Positions 56,829 to 64,000 of a stretch of DNA of 64,000 bases are shown here, one piece after another; position 1 is the stretch's first letter, and every line of letters starts with the position of its first letter. The translations under genes and the position numbers were made by a program. The stretch is from Gemmatimonadaceae bacterium (GTDB lineage: Bacteria; Gemmatimonadota; Gemmatimonadetes; Gemmatimonadales; Gemmatimonadaceae), in the NCBI GenBank assembly GCA_051859245.1, contig JBHYGA010000004.1, forward strand, positions 1,022,910 to 1,086,909, in the 5' to 3' direction. The notes below the pieces were generated by a model, which searched no databases, was not told the DNA's origin, and worked only from the letters and a program-made list of their open reading frames with translations.

Positions 56829-57785
56829 TCAGAGATAGTGCTCAACGGATTGTGTGCGAGCCGTATTCACTCGCAACTCGAACACATCAGGGCGTGCGTA
56901 GTGTCCGGTGACATCAAAATCAAATTTTCCGCGCACGGTGTCGCCGAGATCAAGATCCGCAAACAATAGCGCTTCTTCGTTGTACACGGGGCCGGCGAGC
57001 ACGTCGCCAAGCGGACTGATAATGCAACTTCCACCGGCCGTAAGAATCGCGTCTGGCGCAAGTCCCGCGGCAAAACCTTCGTCGAGCGGATAGTCAGACG
57101 GATAGTCCGTGCGGCGCGCGAACTGGTTGGCGGAGAGTACAAAACACCGTCCTTCCATGGCCACGTGTCGCATGGTGGCAATCCACGAGTCGCGACTGTC
57201 CGCGGTTGGTGCGAGATAGATCTGCACGCCCTGTCCGTACAACGACATGCGATACATGGGCATGTAACTCTCCCAGCAAATCGCAGCGCCGAGTGTTCCT
57301 GCCGCTGTGTGGTGCACCTGCATGGTGCTACCGTCTCCTTGTCCCCACACCAGTCGCTCTGCTGCCGTTGGCATGAGCTTGCGATGTTTGCCGAGCAGCG
57401 CGCCGTCAGGTGCAAAGAACAGCGCGGTGCAATAGAGCGTGCCGCCGTCGCGCTCGATCACGCCGATCACCAGATGTACGCGGTGTTCGCGCGCGATATC
57501 GCCGAGCAGTTTGGTATGCTCGCCAGGGACATCAATGCTCGATTCCCAGTAACGCCGATACCATTCGCGCCCCTCGGCTGAACGACTGCCGATCACCGTG
57601 CCAAACGTGAGACCACGCGGGTACGCGCTGACAAACGCTTCGGGAAACAGGACAAGCGTTGCACCACCGGCCGCCGCCGCAGCGGTGCGTTCGGCAACAC
57701 GCGTGATGGTGGCATCACGGTTGAAGCTTACCGGCGCTGATTGCACAACGGCTGCACGCACAGGTTTGGAGGGGATCATAGACAT
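56829..57785 (-). CDS. Nitrilase (carbon-nitrogen hydrolase)
   Basis: FPEA, HRKLMPT and ICWES catalytic triad; GHYARPD. Confidence 0.92.
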   Translation of the reverse strand: MSMIPSKPVRAAVVQSAPVSFNRDATITRVAERTAAAAAGGATLVLFPEAFVSAYPRGLTFGTVIGSRSAEGREWYRRYWESSIDVPGEHTKLLGDIAREHRVHLVIGVIERDGGTLYCTALFFAPDGALLGKHRKLMPTAAERLVWGQGDGSTMQVHHTAAGTLGAAICWESYMPMYRMSLYGQGVQIYLAPTADSRDSWIATMRHVAMEGRCFVLSANQFARRTDYPSDYPLDEGFAAGLAPDAILTAGGSCIISPLGDVLAGPVYNEEALLFADLDLGDTVRGKFDFDVTGHYARPDVFELRVNTARTQSVEHYL

Positions 57786-57810
57786 GCGGAAATCTCGCTA
57801 GATTCACCGA

Positions 57811-59031
57811 ATGAGCAACTCGCGCGCCGGCGATGGCGCCTCTCCGCGACGCGGCCGGTCACGTTTGCTGCGACTCGTGCTGCGCGGTGCCGTGGCGTTG
57901 GTGGTGTTACTCCTGGTGTCGGCTGGTGTGCTGTGGGCGATTGCCTGGGATGCCATTGGCTCGCGCCCGTCTGGCGAGCGACTCGAGCGGATTGTGCAAT
58001 CGCCGCAGTGGAGCGACGGCGCGTTCCGCAATCGATTGCCGCGCGTAGACGGACCGTACGGCGAGATGTTGCGCGAGTTCGTGTTCGGTGGGTCGGACTA
58101 CCGATTTCCTGTCTCGGCTATTCCCACCGTTTCGCGCACGGCGGCGGACTTTCTCTCGCCTCCAGCGAGTGGCCTGCGCGTCACATGGCTCGGCCATTCC
58201 ACGCTGTTGCTTGAGATTGACGGACAACGTGTGCTGATCGACCCGGTGTGGGGTGAACGTGTCTCGCCGTTCACCTTCCTCGGCCCCAAGCGCTTTTATC
58301 AACCGCCGCTCGCGCTTGACGCGTTGCCCGCGATTGATGCGGTGGTGATCTCGCACGATCACTACGATCATCTCGACATGCCGACCGTCAAAGCGCTGAT
58401 CACCCGCGATGTGCTCTTCGTTGTGCCGCTCGGCGTTGGTTCGCATCTCGAGCACTGGGGCGTGCCGCCGGCGCGCATTCGCGAGCTCGACTGGTGGGAT
58501 ACAACGGTGGTTGGCGAAATCACGCTCACAGCGACACCGGCGCGCCACTTTTCGGGTCGCGGTGTGAACGATGCAGGTGCCACCTTGTGGAGCGGCTGGG
58601 CGATCACCACCGACACACATCGCGTGTACTACAGCGGCGATACCTCGCTCGATGAGTTCATGGCCGAGATTGGCACGCGTCTTGGTCCGTTTGATCTTAC
58701 AATGATCGAAGCCGGCGCGTACGATGCACTTTGGGCTGATGTGCATTTGGGTCCTGAACAAGCAGTGCGCGCGCACCAGCTCGTACGCGGCAAGGTGCTG
58801 CTGCCCGTGCATTGGGGGTTGTTTGATCTGGCGCTGCATGGCTGGACGGAGCCAATTGAACGCGTGCTGGTGGCGGCGGAAGCGGCGGGTGTCGCGGTGG
58901 CCACGCCCAGGCCCGGTGAATCGGTGGAACCATCGGCGCTCAGCACGCAAAACAGATGGTGGCCGATGGTGCCGTGGCGCACTGTTGCAGACGCACCGGC
59001 ATGGTCGAGTGGAACTGAACGCTTCAGATAG
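57811..59031 (+). CDS. MBL-fold metallohydrolase (RomA/NAPE-PLD-like)
   Basis: WLGHST, SHDHYDHLD, PARHFSGR, SGDT and PVHWG motifs. Confidence 0.9.
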   Translation: MSNSRAGDGASPRRGRSRLLRLVLRGAVALVVLLLVSAGVLWAIAWDAIGSRPSGERLERIVQSPQWSDGAFRNRLPRVDGPYGEMLREFVFGGSDYRFPVSAIPTVSRTAADFLSPPASGLRVTWLGHSTLLLEIDGQRVLIDPVWGERVSPFTFLGPKRFYQPPLALDALPAIDAVVISHDHYDHLDMPTVKALITRDVLFVVPLGVGSHLEHWGVPPARIRELDWWDTTVVGEITLTATPARHFSGRGVNDAGATLWSGWAITTDTHRVYYSGDTSLDEFMAEIGTRLGPFDLTMIEAGAYDALWADVHLGPEQAVRAHQLVRGKVLLPVHWGLFDLALHGWTEPIERVLVAAEAAGVAVATPRPGESVEPSALSTQNRWWPMVPWRTVADAPAWSSGTERFR

Positions 59032-59091
59032 ACGGAGAGCTACACCGTGCGGACCTGTTCATTCCCGTTCTTTCGTGTGTCGACGAGTCGT

Positions 59092-59754
59092 ATGTCGCCG
59101 TATCGCATTTCGCCGTGTCGCTTTTTGCCACGTCACGTTTCGTCGCGTTCGGTGTTTGCTCTTGCGTCGATGCTGTGCATTGCCGCTGGAGCAATGCAGG
59201 CGCAATCGGCGGCCAACTCGCGCGGCCTGGTGTCGATTGTGATCAGCACGGACCGCGGTGATATCACGGCCGATCTCGATAGTGCGCGTGCGCCGATCAC
59301 GGTGACAAACTTTCTTCGCTACGTAGATGCGGGTCGTTTTAGCGGTGGGGCGTTTCATCGAACCGTCACGCCGCGCAATCAACCGCGCGACAGCGTGCGT
59401 ATTGAAGTGATTCAGGCGCGAGCACGCAGCTCGCAGCGCGATTCAGGTTTCGCAGCGATCCCGTTGGAGCGAACGAACACCACCGGTCTCAGACATACCG
59501 ATGGCACGCTCTCAATGGCGCGCGCAGGCGCGAATACTGCGACTTCGGCGTTCTTTATTACGATCGGCGATCAGCCGTCGCTTGATGAAGGCGGAACGCG
59601 AAATCCAGACCGCCAGGGATTCGCTGTATTTGGTCGCGTAACGAGCGGTATGAATGTAGTGCGCGCCATCCAGAACGCACCGCACCTTGAGCAGAATCTC
59701 ACACCACCAGTGGTGATCACTGGTGTGCGTCGGGTTACGCCGCCGTCGCGGTGA
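59092..59754 (+). CDS. Cyclophilin-type peptidyl-prolyl isomerase, exported
   Basis: APITVTNFLRY, FHR, GTLSMAR and FAVFGRV motifs; start uncertain (59047/59092/59170). Confidence 0.88.
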   Translation: MSPYRISPCRFLPRHVSSRSVFALASMLCIAAGAMQAQSAANSRGLVSIVISTDRGDITADLDSARAPITVTNFLRYVDAGRFSGGAFHRTVTPRNQPRDSVRIEVIQARARSSQRDSGFAAIPLERTNTTGLRHTDGTLSMARAGANTATSAFFITIGDQPSLDEGGTRNPDRQGFAVFGRVTSGMNVVRAIQNAPHLEQNLTPPVVITGVRRVTPPSR

Positions 59755-61225
59755 CCACGTCGTCTTCTTCCAGTTCACCCGGTTCGAGCTTTTCAATTGT
59801 GAATCCTGTGAATCCGTAAATCACGGAGATCAGCGGATTAATCAGATTAAAAAACGCAAAGGGCAAATACGTAAACGTGGCCACGCCAAGCGTGCCGGCC
59901 ATGAAGGCGCCGCAGGTGTTCCACGGCACGAGCGGTGACGTGAGCGTTCCACCGTCTTCCAACGCACGCGAGAGATTCTTGGCGCGCAGGCCACGGCGCT
60001 TGTACTCGGCGCGAAACATGCGTCCCGGCAGCACAATCGAGATGTACTGATCAGAAGCAACGATGTTCATGCCGATTGCCGTGCCGATGGTCGCGGCGAT
60101 CAGACTTCCCGTTCCGCGCACGGTGCTGAGAATCGCCGCGGCGATGCGCTGCAACATGCCGGTGGTCTCCATCACCGCGCCAAACGTCATCGCGGTAAGA
60201 ATGAGCCATACCGTATTCAGCATGCCCGACATGCCGCCGCGTGTGAGCAGTTCGTCGAGTGCGGCGTTACCGGATGATGACGTGTAGCCGTCAAACAACG
60301 CGGTCCACACACCTTTGATTAGCGCGAGCGTGCGTGGAAGATCCGTTTCACCCACAAAACGCAGCACCGCGTCGCCCTGAAACAGGATCGCGAACACGCT
60401 GCCTGTAAGCGCGCCAATGAGCAGGGCGGGGAACGCCGGTACTTTGCGCACCACGAGCGTGATCACAACGACCGCGGGCAGCAGCATCACCCACCCCACA
60501 TTGAACTGCGTGGCGAGCTGTGCCTGCATCGCGGCAATTTCTGGCGCGTCTGTTGCGCCGCCGAGCCACAAGCCCGCGCCTGCGAAGAGCGCGATGGCAA
60601 TGAGAATGCTCGGCGTGGTGGTCCACACCATGTGACGGATGTGCGAGAACAGATCGGTGCCAGCCATGGCTGGCGCTAGATTCGTGGTATCAGACAGCGG
60701 CGACATTTTGTCGCCGAAGTACGCGCCAGAAACAATTGCGCCGGCGGCGAGACCCAGGTGCAATCCTTGCACCGTGGCAATACCGATCAGCGCTACGCCA
60801 ATCGTGCCTGCGGTGGTCCACGAGCTGCCCGTGGCGAGCGACACGATGGCGCAGATCACCACGGCCGCGGCATAGAACCACGCGGGGCTCAAAATCGAGA
60901 GCCCCATATGAATCATTGTGGGCACGGTGCCCGACAGAATCCAGCTGCCAATCAGCGCGCCGACCATGAGCAGAATGAGAATCGCGCCCGTTGAGAGCGA
61001 GATGCCATGCACAATGCCCTGCTGCATCTCCTTCCATGAATATCCGTTGCGCCAGCCGAGCAGCGCACCGATCATGGCCGCGAAAATGAGAGCAAGTTGA
61101 TTGGGGCCGGACGAGGAGCCATCACCATACAGGTACACGGAGCTGGCGAGCAGTCCGATCAGTACCAGAATGGGAAGCATCGACTCGACGAGCCCAGGCG
61201 CGCGCTTGTCGGAGGGAGTGGTCAC
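59735..61225 (-). CDS. nhaC: Na+/H+ antiporter, NhaC family
   Basis: GSSWTT, GAYFGDKMSPLSDTTNLA and LVPWN motifs. Confidence 0.92.
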   Translation of the reverse strand: MTTPSDKRAPGLVESMLPILVLIGLLASSVYLYGDGSSSGPNQLALIFAAMIGALLGWRNGYSWKEMQQGIVHGISLSTGAILILLMVGALIGSWILSGTVPTMIHMGLSILSPAWFYAAAVVICAIVSLATGSSWTTAGTIGVALIGIATVQGLHLGLAAGAIVSGAYFGDKMSPLSDTTNLAPAMAGTDLFSHIRHMVWTTTPSILIAIALFAGAGLWLGGATDAPEIAAMQAQLATQFNVGWVMLLPAVVVITLVVRKVPAFPALLIGALTGSVFAILFQGDAVLRFVGETDLPRTLALIKGVWTALFDGYTSSSGNAALDELLTRGGMSGMLNTVWLILTAMTFGAVMETTGMLQRIAAAILSTVRGTGSLIAATIGTAIGMNIVASDQYISIVLPGRMFRAEYKRRGLRAKNLSRALEDGGTLTSPLVPWNTCGAFMAGTLGVATFTYLPFAFFNLINPLISVIYGFTGFTIEKLEPGELEEDDVVTATAA

Positions 61226-61252
61226 GCGGGAAAGGTGCGCGAGTGTTGCGGT

Positions 61253-62407
61253 TCAGGGCAAGAGTGCATTCCAGAGGTGATTCCAGCTGTTCATCCCACC
61301 GGCGAGCGACGAAACGCGCGCGAATCCAGCAGCCTGAAGCTGACGGGCAGCCGTCGCGCTGCGCTTTCCACTCTGACACAACACAATGATTTCTCGCGCG
61401 GCGTCGAGCTCGGACATGCGGCCTTCGAGCGAACCGAGTGGAATCAATCGGGCCGAATCAATGCGAGATACCGCCGCCTCATGCGGTTCGCGAACGTCGA
61501 TGAGTTCGAAATCGTGAGTACGCGCAAGTCTGGTGGCCAACTGTTCCGCTGAAATTTCACGCACGGTGGCGTCAGCGGCGGCGCGCGACGACTGCGCGTC
61601 GAGCGACGGCGTGCCGCAAAAGGCGTCGTAATCAATGAGCTCCGTGATCGTGCGTGTGCCACAGGCGGGACAGGCCGGATCTCGTGAGATGCGCACATGC
61701 CGGAACTGCATGCCGAGCGTGTCGATCATGAGCAGACGACCGGCGAGCGAGTCACCGAGGCCAAGAATCAGCTTGATCGTTTCGACGGCCTGAATCGTGC
61801 CGATCAATCCGGGCAGCACGCCGAGCACACCTCCCTCGGCACAGTTCGGCACGGAGCCGGCGGGTGGTGGCTCCGGATACAGGCAGCGATAGCAGGGCCC
61901 GTCCTCGGTAGCGAACACTGATGCTTGTCCGTCGAACTGAAAAATCGAGCCGTGCACATTGGGTTTGCCAAGCAGCACACAGGCGTCGTTCACGAGATAG
62001 CGCGTAGCAAAATTGTCGGTGCCGTCAATGACAATGTCGTACGCGCCAATGAGTGCCATGGCGTTGTTCGACGTGAGCCACGCGTCGTGCGTTTCTACTT
62101 TCACGTGCGGATTTACATCGCGCAGTCGGTCGCGCGCCGAGTCGAGCTTGGGCCGGCCTACGTCTCGCGTACCGTGCAGGAGTTGGCGCTGCAGATTCGA
62201 TTCGTCGACCAGATCGTGGTCCACGAGTCCCAGCGTGCCGACACCGGCCGCGGCCAGATAGAGGGCCGTGGGTGAGCCAAGTCCGCCAGCGCCCACAATG
62301 AGCACGCGCGCGGCCTTGAGGCGGCGTTGCCCGTCTACGCCAACACCCGGCAGCAGCAGATGTCGGTCGTAGCGTCGAAATTCGTCGGCCGAAAGCGACA
62401 AGGTCAT
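61253..62407 (-). CDS. moeB: MoeB/MoeZ E1-like adenylyltransferase fused to a rhodanese domain
   Basis: GAGGLG, SNLQRQ, CYRC, PNCAEGG and CPAC motifs; rhodanese active site CQSGKRS. Confidence 0.93.
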   Translation of the reverse strand: MTLSLSADEFRRYDRHLLLPGVGVDGQRRLKAARVLIVGAGGLGSPTALYLAAAGVGTLGLVDHDLVDESNLQRQLLHGTRDVGRPKLDSARDRLRDVNPHVKVETHDAWLTSNNAMALIGAYDIVIDGTDNFATRYLVNDACVLLGKPNVHGSIFQFDGQASVFATEDGPCYRCLYPEPPPAGSVPNCAEGGVLGVLPGLIGTIQAVETIKLILGLGDSLAGRLLMIDTLGMQFRHVRISRDPACPACGTRTITELIDYDAFCGTPSLDAQSSRAAADATVREISAEQLATRLARTHDFELIDVREPHEAAVSRIDSARLIPLGSLEGRMSELDAAREIIVLCQSGKRSATAARQLQAAGFARVSSLAGGMNSWNHLWNALLP

Positions 62408-62518
62408 AGGTGAAGCCTGAACGAGGCTGCAGGAATGCGCAACCGGTGCGCCGTTCTGTGGTGTCGCGTTGCTGGCACAGAGGTTACAATCTCGCCCTGA
62501 CCCCCCAAGGAGAACACC

Positions 62519-63631
62519 ATGCGTCGAGTACGGGTGCTGGTTGGTACGCGCAAAGGCGCGTTCATTCTGACATCGGATGAAGCGCGGAAAGACTGGACGG
62601 TGAACGGTCCGCACTTTCCCGGCTGGGAGATGTACCATCTGAAGGGTTCGCCAGTGGATCCGAACCGCATCTATGCGTCGCAATCAAGCGGCTGGTTTGG
62701 ACAGCTCATTCAGCGGAGCGATGACGGCGGCGCAACGTGGACGACAATGGACAATCAGTTCACGTACAACGGTGATCCGGGTACGCACATGTGGTACGAC
62801 GGCACACCGCATCCGTGGGAGTTTAAACGCGTGTGGCACTTTGAGCCGTCGCTCACCGACCGTGATACGGTGTACGCGGGTGTTGAAGACGCGTCGTTGT
62901 TCAAGTCGACAGACGGTGGTGCGAGTTGGCACGAACTGTCGGGACTGCGCGAACACGGATCGGGCCCGCAGTGGCAGCCTGGCGCCGGCGGTTTGTGCTT
63001 GCACACGATTGTGATTGATCCCACCAACCCTGATCGCCTCTTCGTGGCGATTTCTGCAGCCGGAGCATTTCGGAGTGAAGACGGCGGAGTTTCGTGGACG
63101 CCGATCAACAAGGGGCTGCGTTCAGGCGAAATTCCCGATCAGGATTCCGAGGTCGGACATTGTGTGCATCGTATCGCCATGCACCCGTCCAATCCGCAGC
63201 GCTTGTACATGCAAAAGCACTGGGATGTGATGCGCAGTGACAATGGCGGTGATTCGTGGCATGAAGTAAGCGGTAATCTGCCCACCGATTTCGGATTTCC
63301 GATTGCTGTGCATGCGCACGAACCAGATACGATTTACGTGGTGCCAATCACGAGCGATTCACATCACTTTCCGCCTGACGGCAAGTTGCGCGTGTATCGC
63401 AGTCGCACGGGCGGCGATGTGTGGGAAGAGCTCAGCAACGGTTTGCCGCCCAGGGATTGTTATGTGAATGTGCTGCGTGACGCGATGGCGGTGGATGATT
63501 GCGATTCGTGCGGCATTTATTTTGGCACGAGTGGCGGCCAGGTGTACGTCTCGAGCGATTCCGGCGATCACTGGATGCCAATTGTGCACGACTTGCCGCC
63601 GGTGATGTCGGTGGAAGTGCAGACGTTGTGA
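62519..63631 (+). CDS. BNR/Asp-box repeat beta-propeller protein (sialidase-like), no signal peptide
   Basis: Six S.DGG..W-type boxes; GTRKG N-terminus; AAGGAG RBS. Confidence 0.85.
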   Translation: MRRVRVLVGTRKGAFILTSDEARKDWTVNGPHFPGWEMYHLKGSPVDPNRIYASQSSGWFGQLIQRSDDGGATWTTMDNQFTYNGDPGTHMWYDGTPHPWEFKRVWHFEPSLTDRDTVYAGVEDASLFKSTDGGASWHELSGLREHGSGPQWQPGAGGLCLHTIVIDPTNPDRLFVAISAAGAFRSEDGGVSWTPINKGLRSGEIPDQDSEVGHCVHRIAMHPSNPQRLYMQKHWDVMRSDNGGDSWHEVSGNLPTDFGFPIAVHAHEPDTIYVVPITSDSHHFPPDGKLRVYRSRTGGDVWEELSNGLPPRDCYVNVLRDAMAVDDCDSCGIYFGTSGGQVYVSSDSGDHWMPIVHDLPPVMSVEVQTL

Positions 63632-63927
63632 GTGTGCGTGTGGTGCTCCCGTCACCGCTGCGCGTGATTGCGCGCGTGGGGAGCGAGATTACAGTGCCGG
63701 TGCACGGCAAGGTGACAGTCCGCACGGTGGTCGATGCGATTGAGGCACAGTATCCCATGCTGCGCGGTACGATACGAGATCACGTCACGCGGCAGCGGCG
63801 AGCGTTTGTGCGGTTCTTTGCCTGTGAGGAGGACTGGTCGCTGCGGTCGGTGGATGAGGAGTTGCCGGCGAGTGTGGCGGATGGGAGTGAGCCGTTACTG
63901 GTGGTTGGGGCGATGGCGGGTGGATGA
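63628..63927 (+). CDS. MoaD/ThiS-family ubiquitin-like protein
   Basis: 99 aa ending GAMAGG; YP.LRG motif; GTGA overlap with the upstream stop codon. Confidence 0.9.
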   Translation: MSVRVVLPSPLRVIARVGSEITVPVHGKVTVRTVVDAIEAQYPMLRGTIRDHVTRQRRAFVRFFACEEDWSLRSVDEELPASVADGSEPLLVVGAMAGG

Positions 63928-63933
63928 TCCGCT

Positions 63934-63998
63934 GTTGCAGTTCCTGATTCGGTCATTCGGCCCTTCAGCTGGAGCCCACGGCCATTTGGCCTTTCGGC
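63934..63998. repeat. Third arm copy of repeat family B, at the window edge
   Basis: GTTGCAGTTCCTGATTCG..CATTCGGCC...GGAGCCCA.GGCCATTTGGCCTTTCGGC matches the 31772 arm. Confidence 0.8.
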
Positions 63999-64000
63999 CT

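Noticed and set aside
59073..59147. Degenerate 15-bp tandem repeats before or within the cyclophilin N-terminus
   Set aside because: Low identity between units; mainly makes the start codon uncertain.

Overview
GC-rich bacterial chromosomal window with about 62 CDS. Gene content and style suggest Gemmatimonadota, but that is inference only. I found no rRNA, tRNA, CRISPR array, integrase or transposase. Left to right: (1) a cluster of three GT-C-like membrane glycosyltransferases, a GT2 and a SAM methyltransferase (1.3-7.8 kb), plus a sterol-desaturase/ICMT pair, all upstream of (2) a Tad/Flp pilus locus (two flp pilins, tadV, tadE, cpaB, cpaC, cpaE, cpaF, tadB, tadC, tadG-like) ending in a membrane-anchored Ser/Thr pseudokinase; (3) an ABC exporter, a MOT1 transporter, DUF1801, and DUF2239 with a two-site palindromic operator; (4) a SUF operon (sufR-B-C-D-U-Rieske-S-second U) with a CAAC-N6-GTTG operator over an apparently leaderless promoter; (5) housekeeping genes (yhbY, ferredoxin, rnd, lspA, DUF59), an ECF sigma/anti-sigma/PDZ trio, nitrilase-sugE and nhaC; (6) a moeB (E1-rhodanese) gene divergent from a cytoplasmic BNR beta-propeller coupled to a GG-ending ubiquitin-like protein. 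Non-coding structure includes two families of dispersed palindromic repeats and a 177-nt element with 6S-RNA-like architecture. The best candidates for undescribed systems are the E1/Ubl/propeller module, the Tad-linked modification cluster with its pseudokinase, the DUF2239 autoregulator and a Ser-less membrane-anchored ACP-like protein. All family calls come from motif recognition by eye, not from database searches.
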